In this document: in pieces, positions 78,326 to 91,671 of the stretch | Layout: the number at the start of each line of letters is the position of its first letter | Numbering within the stretch: position 1 is the first letter of the stretch | Source of the DNA: Wallemia ichthyophaga EXF-994 | Taxonomy: Eukaryota; Fungi; Basidiomycota | Direction of reading: 5' to 3' | Length of the DNA: 248,000 bases | NCBI RefSeq assembly: GCF_000400465.1 | Contig: NW_008806276.1 | Location: forward strand, 20,001-268,000 | The notes under the pieces: model-generated | What the model was told of the DNA's origin: nothing | The model's database searches: none | The model's input: the letters and a program-made list of their open reading frames with translations, nothing else | Position numbers and translations under genes: made by a program

Positions 78326-79417
78326 ATGAACACACAGCTGCCATACGCCGTGCAGTTCCAATCGCGGGGAATATCAGTGGGTGGTTAGCGTGTAGTATCC
78401 GCAGAGCACCGCTCACCTGCGTGTTTGCAGACACCGGACTTTAAGGCGTGGGGAGGAGCCAGTGCGCGAGCGCACAAGGACCGCGTAAACAGCGTGAGCT
78501 GGAGTGTCGATGGACGACGCTTGGGCAGTGTGTCGGCCGACAAAACGCTACGAATCTGGCCCGAGAAGGCACTCGACAGTGTGCGCCCGGATGCCAAACT
78601 AGCCAGTGCGATGGTAGGGCACAGCGACAAGGTGACGCAACTCGCATGGCACCCGCTCGATTCGAACCTCCTTTCGACCGTTTCGCTCGACCGCACGCTG
78701 CGGTGCTGGGACATACGCGCGCGCGCACCCACACACACCCTCCAGCTGCCCGCACCAGCTTATAACGTCGCCTACCACCCTTCTGGGAATACAGTGGCGG
78801 CGGGCGCCGAAACGGTGGATTTCTTCGACCTCGCTAGCTCAGCTGCCCCGATGCAGACACTGGAGAGACACTCGGACAATCAACGGATCAATCACGATTT
78901 CAAGTGGTCGGCGGATGGCCAGCTCTTCGCTGTCTGTTGCGGTGATGGTACCTTTCATACACACCTCTACCCGTCTTTTGAACCTGAATACACATGCCAA
79001 GCGCACACATCGGACGCTACAACGCTCGAGTTCACCCGCGATCGTCGTCATTTGCTCACGGGCGGGGGGGATGCAGTGGTGCACGTATGGGATGTGGACG
79101 AGTGGGTTTCTAGAGGCACGATCAACAATCTAGACGGACTCGTGCGGTCGATCAGCGCGAACAGCAATTCCGAGTGCGTGGCTATAGGGACAGACGACAG
79201 GAACGTGGTTATTGCGAGTATACACACGGGCGAGGTGCTGCACTCCTTCAACACTGCCGCCAAGAGCAAGGCGGTGGCATGGCATCCGAATAAGTTCCTG
79301 CTGGCTTACGCGAGCGAGGATATCAGCAGGGAGGAACACTCCCGCGATCCTGGTCTTACCAACATATCCTCGTCTGTACGTGTGTGGGGAAAGGGCGTAG
79401 GCAGGCCGGGTGTTTGA
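78326..79417 (+). CDS. TEX1: WD40 protein, THO complex subunit 3 (Tex1)
   Basis: WD40 repeats, VSWSVDGRRLGSVSADKT, AWHPNKFLLAYA. Confidence 0.75.
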
Positions 79418-79565
79418 GGTTGTGAAAATTTGCGTCTGCGCAGCTATTGTAGGATGGATAAACAATGTACTTGTATAGCTGAGGTGTATGTGTGTGCTGT
79501 GTAAACCACAAAAGGCGTGATAACAAGTTTGTATTCGCGGTATAACACCTTTCACCCGCACAACC

Positions 79566-80337
79566 ATGGACAATGCGCTGCTTTCACAAATCCAAGGCGG
79601 GAAAAAGCTGAAGAAGTCGCAGACGAATGACAGATCAGGGCCATCGGTGGGCGGGGGAGTGGTCGGTGAGGGAGGCGGCGGTGGTGGCAGTGGTGGCAGT
79701 GGCAGCGGCAGCACCAACACCACCACCAAACAAGCAAACCCCGCAGACACATCAACGGCCCCGCAACTCGGTGGGATATTCGCAGGCGTTGGAATGCCCA
79801 AGCTGCGTCCAGCGGGTGGAAAGGGCGTTGCAGGAATAAGTGAGTCTGGCGCAGTGCTTGGGTATTTCTAACGCGACTACATAGACAAAGCAAGCCTAGC
79901 TAAGCCACCGTCGATACCCAAGGCACCAGCAGCCACAACACCAGCAACACCACCAGCACCACCAAACAGAGGTATGCCACCGAGACCACCAGCAGCCCCG
80001 CCGGCTAGGGCTACACCACCACCACCACCTCCAGCACCAGCTCGAGGTATTCCCGCAGCCCCGCCAGTACCTGCGCCCATGCCAACGCCCACAACACAAA
80101 CAACCTCTCGGCCCCCTCCGCCAGTCCCACCAGTTAATCCAGCTGGTGCAGCTGGTAAGAAGCCACCTCCACCAAAACCCAAACCAAAGCCTGGTGCGGG
80201 TGCGAGTGGGAGTATGGCAGCAGCAGCAGCGGCGGTGGCTGCAGTGACACCTCAATTACCAGCAACTCAATTACCAGCAACTCAAGCACCAGCAACTCAA
80301 GCACCTTCTCAACCACCACGCGTACTACCACCAGGAC

Positions 80338-80372
<35 letters not shown>

Positions 80373-81083
80373 CCAGCACCAGCACCACGTTCAATACCCC
80401 AACCACCTCAACCACCTAATAGACCATCACCACCTCCAGCCCCACAGCGAAAAGCACCGCCAAGTCTACCATCGAGAGGTGCAAATTTGGTTTCGAAACC
80501 ACCACCACCACCGGCTAGAGGGGGAGAAAGAGGTGGACTGGGAATTGGCAGTGGGATTAGTAATAACAATAACAGACAACCACCACCGCCACCACCACCC
80601 AGACCAACAACCAGCTCATCGATTCGGTGAGTAGAGAAGGCGTATTTTAAACGGGCAAACTGATATATGTTCAGGGCACCACCACCACCACCACCGGCAA
80701 GAGGCGGATTTAATTCCAATGTGAATGTCAACAATGGGAAATCTGGAACACCTGGAACACTTGGAACACCTGGGAAACCTGGAAAATTCGGAAAATCACG
80801 AATAGTAGCAGCTGAACCAAAGGAGGGTATCGGTGCTGTTTCCATACCCAATCAAACACTTGAACCACCACCACCTCTACGATCAGCCACAATACGCAAC
80901 GTGAATAAGCCAGAAGGAACACAAGAGATTAGTGATAGCAAAACACCACCAGATAGCCTCGGTGAATACTCGTTTACAAGTTATTTGGATATACCACCAC
81001 CCCGGGAGTATTTAAAGACATCATTGACGTATCCGAGTGGCAGAAACAAGGCAACCAACTTTGATTTAAGGCAGTTGGAATGA
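79566..81083 (+). CDS. VRP1: Verprolin/WIP, proline-rich with WH2 domain
   Basis: ALLSQIQGGKKLKKSQTNDRS, GGIFAG.GMPKLR, C-terminal YPSG. Confidence 0.85.
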
Positions 81084-81188
81084 ACAAAAATATAAATCTA
81101 AAATACATTTTTATTTTTTATATTTCCATTGACACGTACACGTATCTCCAACGCATTCTTGAACCCACACAGTCATCGACAGCACACA

Positions 81189-82667
81189 ATGAAATTGAAA
81201 ATATCAGTCGTAGCAGGATTATTAGCGGTATTTGCAGGCGTTGCAGGTGCCACAGATGGAAACAGCAACGTACTCCAACTCACAAAAGACAACTTTGATC
81301 ATGTTGTCAAGCCTGCTGATCTCATGCTTGTCGAGTTCTATGCTCCATGGTGTGGCCATTGCAAGGCTCTTGCTCCACAATACGAGGAGGCAGCTGGTCA
81401 ACTCAAATCCAAGGATATCAGCCTCGCAAAGGTTGATTGCGTTGAGGAGGCTCAAGTCTGCTCTGAGAACGATGTAGGCGGCTATCCAACACTCAAAGTA
81501 TTCAGAAAAGGTCTTGCATCGCCTTACGGTGGAACTAGAAAGTCTGAAGGTATCGTCAGCTACATGACTAAACAATCACTTCCACCTGTTTCTCAAGTTA
81601 CCCCTTCAAACCACGACGATTTTAAACAATCCGATAAAGTCGTCATCATGGCTTACAACCTCAAACCAAACACTGACTTATACAAGACATTCCACTCCAC
81701 CGCCACTAACCTTCGCGATAACTACCTCTTTGGTGAATCTGATGACTCATCTGTTGCAAAGTCAGCTGGTGTCTCTGGTCCTTCCATCGTCATTTACAAG
81801 TCCTTCGATGAAGGTCGTAATGACGTAAACACTAAATCTTTAGATGAAAACTCCCTCACCGAAACTATTAACATCAACTCTATTCCCCTCATTGATGAAA
81901 TTGGCCCTGAAAACTTCTCCCGCTACGCTACCTCTGGTCTCCCTCTCGCTTACATCTTCGAGAACCCTGAAGACCCTAAGTTAGCTCAGCACGTTGATGA
82001 GTTAAAGCCAATTGCAGAGGAATACAAGGGCAAAATTAGCTTCGTCTGGATTGACGGTGTCAAGTTTGTTGAGCACGGAAAGGCCCTCAACCTTATCAAG
82101 GACGAATGGCCTGGCTTCGTCATCCAAGATCTCCAGGCCGGTCACAAATATCCTATGGACATCACCAAACCCGTCTCTAAGAAGAATGTCGCTCAATTCG
82201 TCAAGGACTTTTCCAACGGCAAGGTAGAACCTTCCGTTAAATCAGAAGCCATCCCAGCTGAACAAACTGACTCAGCCATCACCCTTGTCGCTGATCAATT
82301 CGATGAAATTGTCTACAACAACGAAAAAGACGTCTTTGTTGAGTTCTATGCCCCTTGGTGTGGTCACTGCAAGCGTCTCGCGCCTGAGTGGGAGGCACTT
82401 GCGCAGAGCTACGAGAATGACTCCTCTCTCACCATCGCCAAAATGGACGCCACTGCTAACGACATCCCTCCCTCAACTAAATTCTCCATCTCCTCCTTCC
82501 CTACTCTCAAACTCCAGCCTGCTGGCACTAAAGAATGGATCGATTACGAAGGTGATAGATCTCCTGAATCCCTCCGCGAATTCATCAAAGATAACAGAGG
82601 TACTAAGTCAGCAACCGATGGTGACAAAGAGGCCCCTCACAATGAACACAAGAAGGACGAGCTCTAG
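81189..82667 (+). CDS. PDI1: Protein disulfide-isomerase
   Basis: Signal peptide, two WCGHCK motifs, C-terminal KDEL. Confidence 0.96.
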   Translation: MKLKISVVAGLLAVFAGVAGATDGNSNVLQLTKDNFDHVVKPADLMLVEFYAPWCGHCKALAPQYEEAAGQLKSKDISLAKVDCVEEAQVCSENDVGGYPTLKVFRKGLASPYGGTRKSEGIVSYMTKQSLPPVSQVTPSNHDDFKQSDKVVIMAYNLKPNTDLYKTFHSTATNLRDNYLFGESDDSSVAKSAGVSGPSIVIYKSFDEGRNDVNTKSLDENSLTETININSIPLIDEIGPENFSRYATSGLPLAYIFENPEDPKLAQHVDELKPIAEEYKGKISFVWIDGVKFVEHGKALNLIKDEWPGFVIQDLQAGHKYPMDITKPVSKKNVAQFVKDFSNGKVEPSVKSEAIPAEQTDSAITLVADQFDEIVYNNEKDVFVEFYAPWCGHCKRLAPEWEALAQSYENDSSLTIAKMDATANDIPPSTKFSISSFPTLKLQPAGTKEWIDYEGDRSPESLREFIKDNRGTKSATDGDKEAPHNEHKKDEL

Positions 82668-83389
82668 CCGCACCACGTTGTACTTTAGATTAACTATTCA
82701 TTATTCCCTTGATTTGATTTTATGAGCGTAAACGTGCTACATTTGGTGTGTATCTAGGTAGTAGTTAGCAAAAGTTTGTCTCTCTTTTCAAGTCACTTAT
82801 GATAGCTGAAAAGAAACAAGGTAGCGTATAATATATCATTAATAACCTAGTTAGTCTTGAACTCGTCAATCTTGCAATTGTGACATCATCTTGCGACAGA
82901 TAACCTATGTTTCACTTTTCCGTCAGTAGTGTACCTGCTTCATCATCTGCTGGTGTACTATTACCTTTAAACAAAACTTTGGGTCCTAACAAATTAAGGT
83001 CCTGGTTCACGTTGAGATAGACATTAGCGATTATCCCCCCAATTGATATACCCATAAAACGACAAAGAGAAAACGACATGAGATATCAAAGATTATTGAA
83101 GCTCATAGAGATATCTTTGCTTGGCTTCTTAAACCTCTGGGCTTAAAGTTCCATGCGTCAGTATCTCATCTCTTAGAGCTGCAGAGCGAGTCATTAAAGG
83201 GATTTTGGCTACTTGCAACATTTACATCCGACTTTGCGACTCGGAATGATTGCGTTTATGAGCCGCCTCTGCCTTTCACATCGACGCATCTCTTGAGTTC
83301 CGAGATCTGACCAGACAGCGTTGCTCAATTTCTAAGCTTTCTAGGTTTACACAAAGATGGCTGCCTGTGTTATGATTTTAGCTCGTACT

Positions 83390-83870
83390 TGGGATAGATG
83401 CACGCGTCAATGAAGATAAAAGGTTCACGGCGAAGGAAATCAGGTTCCTGGCCACCAAGCTTGAGTAGCTTTCAGGAAACCTCAATTTACTGTAAGTAGC
83501 CTGCTGTCTCAGATGTGCCACTTTTTGACAACTCACAGGGAAATTATCGAGGCTACGCAATGAAGACGAGAGAAAACTCGAGCAAATGGGATCGCGAAGA
83601 ACAGCGCAACTAGGCCATCTAATTAAATTAGCAAAATGATTCTATATACATACTTGATTAGCTGAATTTCTTTCAAATGTTTTACAGTTTGTTTTTCATC
83701 TACAGTACACGATACTAATGTTTTTTTTCTTGAAGTTGCAGCTGTGTACTTTTGAAAAGGTGTTGTTTAATAAGTTTCTGACGATGCTCTTCGAAATCGT
83801 AGTCAATGCGCTTGAACCTTTTTTTTTATGCTAGTGAACACCACCATTGTCGCATCTACTAATCTCAATC
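83390..83870 (-). pseudogene. Catalase gene fragments
   Basis: Two blocks alignable to 85540-85620 and 84820-84900 of the adjacent catalase. Confidence 0.6.
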
Positions 83871-84162
83871 CCACCCGCACTCTAACTCCAGAACAAGGAA
83901 TTGATTGACAGATATCTAAAGATTGTCTGATTATATGGCTGGCGAGGGATATAGCAGATGTACTCCACAGTCGTTGTGAGATCTTACTACTAAAATGTGT
84001 GATTTTCGGTAACAGAACTACTCGAGATCTCCCTTTGTAAACATCAATTTAATAGGCTGAAAACTCTTTAGAGCGGCCAACGCAGTCTCCGCAAAAAGCA
84101 AAAGTGAGACATATAAATTATCGTAAAAAGAATACAAATTGAAAAGCGACGATAGCGCCTAT

Positions 84163-86605
84163 CTAGTAAGCCAATGTAGAGTTGTCTCTGCGCCAGTAAC
84201 GGTGACCAGCTATAGCTTGCGCGTAAGCACCTGCGAAAGTGGCGGCGTCGTAAGCACCGTGTGTTAATTTCTCAAGCAAACCAGTGTCTTGGTTTGTGAG
84301 GTTAGGCGCGACGACAACGCCATCTTGTACTGAGAAGCTCTTGCTATCTTCGATCTTGTTCGTGATTGGGATGAGCTTGGATGCCCATTCAGCGCTGCTG
84401 CCTACAACAGCCAGCGGCTTGTAGTGTGCATAAGCTTCAATGCACCAGTGCTTTGGTCTGCCCATTTGCAAAGTCTTCTGGTATGTATCGTTGCCGTCTA
84501 AGAAAATCAAGCTGTCGAAGTATGTTGATCTGGCTAACTCAAATGTGAATTGAGTGTCGAGCTGCTCGCCGTTCTTGCCATAAGTTGGTCCCTTTCTTGT
84601 TCCGATCACTGCTACAATATTACCTAAAGAAGAAAAGGCTTTCTGAACAGCGACTGCTTGTTGATAGTCGAAGCCATCTGGTGCAATCATCGCAATCAAT
84701 CTTCCCTCAGCCTTGAATGTGTTGTTCTTGGAGAGCATACTGATTGGATTGGAGCCGTCAGTCTTTCTGCCATGGTTCTTCTTTACTGGCTGACCGACGT
84801 CAATGCCGAAGTTGCTGGCGATACTCTTGGCGAGGTCATAATCAATGTGCTTGAAACGCTCCATCATACGCTCTTGAACACCTCTGTCATCACATCTACC
84901 AATTTCGAAAGCTGCCGTGTTAACGTAGTTGTTCTTTTCGACGTCAGATAATGAATTGTAGTGGAGAGTGGCTTGATCATAATATTCGAAGAACTTAGGG
85001 CCCAGATTTCTCTCACGTACACCTCCAACCTTGTATGGTGGATGGTGGAGACCACCCTGAGCAACAGATGCCGGACCAGGGTTGTTGTTGAATCTGTTAG
85101 GATAGTAGTTTGGTCCACTAGGGATAACTTTGCTTGATGAACCGTCTCTGAGAGTGTTCATAAATGGACACGCCTGAGGAATTGGCTGATTGATCGGTAT
85201 TTGGGAAAAGTTAATGCCACCAAGTCTAGAAATCTGTGTGTCGAAGTAACTGAAGTTACGGACTTGAAGCATTGGGTCATCCGAGTAATCCTGTTAAGTG
85301 TCAACATTTTTCAGGAAATGTCTTCCAAAACCTACGATGCCTGGTACAATGTTGTTGGTACAGAAAGCCACTTGTTCGTTCTCCGCAAACTGATCTGTGA
85401 CTGTTCTGTTCAACGTCATTGTTCCTACCCATTTAATTGGCACTTCCTCTTCAGGGATTATTTTTGTGCAGTCAAGCAAGTCAAATGAGAATTTGTCTTC
85501 GTCCTCCTCAGGAACGAGCTGTACACCAAACTCGTACTTGGGGTAGATGCCCGCGTCAATGAACATATAGAGATCGCGGCGGAGGAAATCAGGGTCCTGG
85601 CCGCCGAGCTTGAGAGCCTCATCCCAGCACAATGAGTGGTGTCCAAGATGAGGCTTCCAGTGGAACTTTACGAAAGTGCGCTTGCCTTCCTTATTGACAA
85701 AGACAAAGGTGTTTACACCAAATCCTTGAATCATACGGTAAGAGCGGGGAATCGTCGCATCGGATAACGCCCAGGAAGCCATGTGCTGATATTGTGTGAG
85801 TATATCTCGATAAAATCTTCTTAACTCACAGTAGACTCTTCGCTGAGGGAAATAAAGTCCCAAAAGTTGTCATGTGCCGTCTGTGCTTGCGGAATGCCAG
85901 TACGAGGTTCAGGTTTAGCAGCGTGGATTAGGTCAGGAAACTTCATACCATCTTGTACCTGTTGGTTTGTAAGTAAACAATCTCAAAACGTGGTTTAAAC
86001 TTCCGAAAAACGGTGCAAGTGAGTTACCGACAACATCCCAATTTCCTTCTTCTGTGTAAAAGCGGCTCGCGAAACCTCTTACTTCCCTTGCTGTCTCAGC
86101 TGCACCGGAGCTTCCGAGAACGGTTGAAAAGCGCACGAACATAGGAGTTTCACTTTCTGTGTCATTAAGGACCTTAGCGTGCGTAACATCTTCCAAGCTG
86201 GTGTGCAATTTGAAGAATCCATGTGCAGCGTCACCGCGGGCATGAACGACACGCTCTGAGATGACGTCAGTCAGAAAAACCAAATGCTCGGAACGCACCT
86301 GGGATTCTCTCGTGGTCAAAGTGCGAGACCTTATCGCGCATGATAGGATCGCTGAGAAGGTAAGGGCCTCTGCGGCCGGCCTTCATGCCGACTTCAACAT
86401 TATCAGCCTTGGCGCCGAAGGTGGTGCGGTGGAAGGCATCTCCCTCCGTAGGGATGTCCCTGGTGGCGGTGGCGAGTTGCTCGGCCTTCGAGTTTGCGTT
86501 GACGGGTTTGTCGGAATCGTATACGGACCTGCAGGAAAGTTATTAGATAGGGCGATACGTTTGCACATTACCCACATTATTATTCGTAGTTGGAGAAGAA
86601 GTCAT
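84163..86605 (-). CDS. Large-subunit catalase with C-terminal DJ-1-like domain (5' end approximate)
   Basis: [44 protein letters not shown]. Confidence 0.92.
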
Positions 86606-87321
86606 GACAAATCGGCGAAATTTATTGGTGCAAGAAATCATGACGTCAACTGGGTGCGATGAGTGATCAGCAAGTCGCTTTGAGGGGCGTGGAGGTGGAA
86701 AGCGTATACAGCATGTCTAGCGTGCTCAGTAAGTCGCAGTCTTGCACGCCACTCGCATCTGTGGCAATCCGTTCGCTGGAACATTTAGCCGGTTTATCCA
86801 GATTAACCAATTTCAGGCAGAACAGAAAATCAGCCAGATTTTTATCGATATGTGCTTGTTTGCTCTACGCACTACATTAATAGGTGCAAACAGACCTAGC
86901 ATCTCCTCTCACAAAACAAATGGAGAATTTTCTCATGGTAATGAACGTCAGATTGTACTCTAAGTGATGTGAGAGGTTTGGGTGGTGAATGGATTGCGGG
87001 CTTTTTTGGCCTTAGTCACTATGCCACGCAAATCTCCAATCTGAAGCTACCCGCTCGCCCAAACGTTTAGCCAGTTTAACCAGATTACCCAGATTCAGGC
87101 AGATCAGAAAAACAGCGAGATTTATAAGCATTCTTGATTACTAAAATCGTATAGCACATTAAAATAACGCAAGTAGCCCTGATATCTCTTCACATCAAGT
87201 ACGCGCAATTTTTTCATACAGCTGTAAATATCAAATTACACGTCTATTTAGCCTACTTTAGCTTTCTTAGTGTGAGTAATGTCTGTGCGATCCTGCAAAT
87301 GCTCCTGCGAGCGCTTATCTC

Positions 87322-89127
87322 CTACATTCTTGCGCTCGTCTCCTGTATTTTCGTGCTTGTCTTCCACTTTTTCATCTTTCTCCCCTTGCTTCTCAATCTT
87401 GTCACCCCTTGCCGGCCTTGCCAATGGACCCCAGTTCGCCGGGTTGGCCTGATACCGTCTGATTTTCTCCTTGGAGTTGAACAGATCGACGACTTTCTGG
87501 TTATGGGTGAGATCAGCGTCGATGCTGTGAGTGTATCAGAGCAGATCACGCGCAAAAGCTCACCCTACCGCGGCTCCTTGGTGAGCAAGTGTCTTGTAGG
87601 CGAGCCCTCCTTGACGTTTTCCAGCTTGACGGGATGGGACAGCATCCACTTGCGCATCATGTCATGCACGGCGCTAACAGGTGCATCTGTCTTGATGGAC
87701 CCGGGGAGGGCGTGCGAGCGTGAGACGGCGTACCCCGCGTTAACGAGGCCGGACCTGTAAGGGGGTGAGACAATCAGTCCTTTCTAGCAAACCAAAATGT
87801 ACCCAACAGTCACCATAGAGGGCGCCGTCAGCTTCATAGCGCTCGCGACGCTGTCTGTGGTGAAGTAGAACGGCTCGTCGAGCTCGTCGTGCGCTGTGCT
87901 CACCATCCCCTTCATACGCGTAGCCGTACCGTAGGTGCCCTCCTGCGCCTGCGTGACGTGCTGCAAGAGGCGCTGCGTAAAGGCTTTGTTGTGCAGCTTG
88001 TCGATCCACATGGGGCCGTTAGTGTGACAGTGCGCGTGACACTCGCTGCATCGCCCACTCGCATCCACACCCGAGCCTACACCCACGCTCTGCGCTGCCT
88101 GGAACTTGCTCGAGACATTTCCCTTCCCGCTCACTTTCTCCACTACCCTCCCAAAAGGCTGGATGGTGTGCGCGCGGCAGAAAGAGCAAACATGCACACT
88201 CCCCGTTTTACTAAACGCCTTTTTGGTCTCGGCAGAGCCGTCGTGGATGCGCACCCACATGCGCACATAAAAGTCGATGGAGAGCGACATCATGGGCTCG
88301 ATGTAGCGCCCGTACCGCGATGCCGACTGGGAGATGGAGTTGAGGATGAGACGGAGTGCCTGCGAGTGTGTGAGTGTGAGTTTGAGTGAGCATCCCACCA
88401 CCATGCGCCTCACTCACCGCCTCGTGGGTGTACTCGGCGCGTACAGGCGTGCCGCCGTAGTTGGAGAAACACTTCTCCGGGTAGTTGGTGCCGGCCATGA
88501 CGGCAGTGTCGGTGCAGGTGATGCAGAGAAGACCCCCACTGCTAAGCGACTGCACAGCTGCATCAATGAACGGGGCTGCTGTACCGTATGGATCCAGGTC
88601 AATGACGTCGAATTGCGCCTTGCTGCGGTGCTGGTACATGAGCGCACTCGCATCGCCTTCCGTCACGTTTACCCGCCCTTGTAGCTGGTTGTACGCGACG
88701 TTTTGGCGGATGGCAGCGACGGCGTCGGGAGAAAAGTCGTTAGCGTAGATGCGGTTGGCGTTGGGGATCTCTTTGGCGTATCGGATGGCTCGCAAGCCGG
88801 TAGCTGAGAGAGCGTCGAGAATGCTGAAATTGTGCACCCAGTCTGGGTTTTCGATAGGCTCTCTCCGCTTTCCGGTGCTGTTACCGGTACTGTTACGGTT
88901 GCTGTTCTTCTCCAGCCTCTGCTTGAACTTGGCAGACTTCTCGTCGCGAACGATCTCGGACCAAACTTTGATAGCGGCTACAGACAGGTCCCTATTAAAC
89001 TCCTGTATGGGATTAATGAATGCCTTGTTGTCGCTCTTCTCGGTAATTGGGATCAGTATTTGGGCTGTATTTTCGCTTGTGAGTTTGTGATTTTCAGGAA
89101 GAGCGGGTTGAGTGGGAGTTGTGGACA
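87322..89127 (-). CDS. TRM1: tRNA (guanine-N2,N2)-dimethyltransferase
   Basis: FINPIQEFNRDLS, LDALSATGLRAIRY, FDVIDLDPYG. Confidence 0.93.
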
Positions 89128-89247
89128 TTATACGGGCTTTACTGATAGACCTATTTACACAGCAGCTGCTCCTACTCAGCATGCACTACTTGGTAGCGAG
89201 AAGACAACGAGGACACGATAGAAACTAAAAAAATCAACAAATCTATT

Positions 89248-90289
89248 CTAATACAACCCTTCCAAGTAATCCGCGCTCTTCTTTGTGCCAGCGAATGGTC
89301 TTTCTTGTACTTTTTCGTTTGGTTTGGGGTTAGGTGTGAGGTATGGTGCGATAACGTCGTCAAATGAGGGCAATTGCTCTTTCTTCTTCTCCACACCCTT
89401 CTTAGCAGCTCCCTTAGACAAGCCAGCTGTGATTATGCTACGGATCGAAACATAGTCGAGTGGCTTGTCATCTTTGCTATCTTTCTTACCATCCTTCTTC
89501 TCAGACAGGCCTTCAAATGGCTTGAATTCAGCAGCTTCCTTGGCCTGCTTGTCGGCAACCTGCTTCATTGAGCCGCGTGGGTTGTCAATCTTACCCAAAT
89601 GAGACAGAATATCACCACGCGTAAGCATACCGTGTCTGCCGGTGCCCTGGATAGCGCTTGGGTCTGATATACCATTGTCGATCAAGAGACGTGAGACAGA
89701 AGGGAATAATGGTTTGGTGGATTCTACGTGGGTGTCTTTAGGTGTAGGTTCGGGTGTGCTTTGTGCCGGTTCTGGGGTTGGTTGTGGTGTTGAGTCTTGC
89801 TTTGCACCTTCTGACTCTCCCTGAGAACTTTTTGCACTCTCTGCCACGGCGTCCGCGGCTGAGATATCATCGCCTTCCTCACCGAGCACAGCGATCGGAG
89901 CACCAACAGGAATACCTTTTGCGCCGTCGTTGAGAATGATCTTTGCGAGAACCCCGTCATCCTGGGCTTCGACGTCGATGGTGGCCTTATCAGTTTCGAT
90001 TTCCAACAAAACGTCGCCTGCGCTGAATTTGTCGCCTGCTTTAATCTTCCAACCAGCGATACCACCTTCAGTCATAGTAGGAGACATACTGAGAAATGCT
90101 GTTAAATTGGCATATAGACTATAGTTGCTTCCTCACGCTGGAAAATCGAATTTGTTGAGTACATTCGTACATCTAGTAGTGCTTAGTGACCGAGTGAGCG
90201 TGGCTTGGGAAACGTGCTTAGAAATATCAAATTGATTAGTATTACCACTTACTGCCCCTCCTCAGCGCCATTCTCGTCATTGGAATCAT
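89248..90289 (-). CDS. PDX1: Pyruvate dehydrogenase protein X (E3-binding)
   Basis: Lipoyl domain MSPTMTEG/ETDKA, E3-binding GTGRHGMLTRGD, no catalytic domain. Confidence 0.85.
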
Positions 90290-90461
90290 AATCATCGTCA
90301 GAGTGTAAGATGCAAGAAGGTTATCTGGGACTTTATTGAAAATTAGTATATTTCATATTTAAATAGTAGATATTATTACAGTTAATACCTTCAAACCCCT
90401 TCAACACCCCGTCAAGACAAGAAAATACATGGTATGAAACTTATTATAGAAATGCTCTTAT

Positions 90462-91420
90462 CTAATTAAGGTACTTCCTGATAATATCAACTACGTTTAA
90501 TGCACGCTTGAGAAAGTTTCCTGGACGCGTTCTATCTGGCTCATCAGAAAAACCTTTGACATCATTATGATCTATCTCGCAGATAAGTTCCTTCGTGAGC
90601 CAGAAAGGAACACTGCGATACTCGTATGGCTTTTGGAGAAACACTCTTGCTCCTCCAACTGGCAGATGGACCTTTCTACAACAGACATGGCTATACTAGC
90701 CCTGTATACTGACTTTGTGCACTTTAATTCACGCCAATATCCCTAAACAATCTTGTCATTGTGATTGGAATGCTTTTGTAGATGTCAATCATATCTTCTC
90801 TCGTCTGAAATTTATCAACAAGCTCCGAGGAAAAAAAGTAATCACCCACCAGTGAGATTAGCGAGATGTCTATTTTTTCAGTAGGTCTGATCCCAAGGAG
90901 TCTCGGCTCATCTAAAACATACGGACAAACGCCGAGCTTTTCGACAATCGCGTACAACATCTTCTTAATACTCATTTTCCTTCTCGCGCTGTTCCTCATC
91001 GAGAATCCCGAAATCCTCTCTTGTCAATTCTTCGCGTGTACTTCTCACTATTTTCCACTTGCACATCTCGATTGCGAGCTCCAAATGCATCGAATCCTTC
91101 ATCCCACAATAGACTTTCTAGTCGATTGACGAGAACCGGAATGACTGCAGCTGATCGATTGCGGATTTTGAAAATGAATTCTTTCTTTGATCAATACTCG
91201 CGACAATTGGTGGCTTTGAGAAAGTCTTTCAACGTAAACAGTAAATCTGCATTCCCATTAGACGCGTAGATGTAATAATCATTGGATGCTATAACGACGA
91301 CGGGCTTTGTAGTATCTACGTTGAGTCTTGTAACATCACGGCGCAGGCTATTGCGATGCCATCTGGCCGTTGGTGCGTCGGCCGGAAAATTGGACTTTAG
91401 TGTGCGAGTTATCCTCAGTC
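90462..91420 (-). pseudogene. Unknown lineage-specific family, copy 1 (disrupted)
   Basis: Homologous to 91672-92663; in-frame TGA (REY*SKKEF) and fragmented ORFs. Confidence 0.6.
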
Positions 91421-91671
91421 ATATTGCCTAGAGTGGGGTTTTGATGGTCAGCTGATTGGGTTGGAATGTGGGGTGTGAGGATGTAAGAAATCGAGAGAAA
91501 AAATAATCTGGACGAGTGAGTAGTTGGTCAGGAAAGCGGTTATCAATTAAGCTCCCATGACTATCATCCTTCCTTAGAACTCCTCAGAAGAGATAGAAAT
91601 ATTAAATCATAAATCCAAGACAAATACAAGAAAAAGCAAGGTATAAAGCTTCAAACTGGATATACTCTCAT

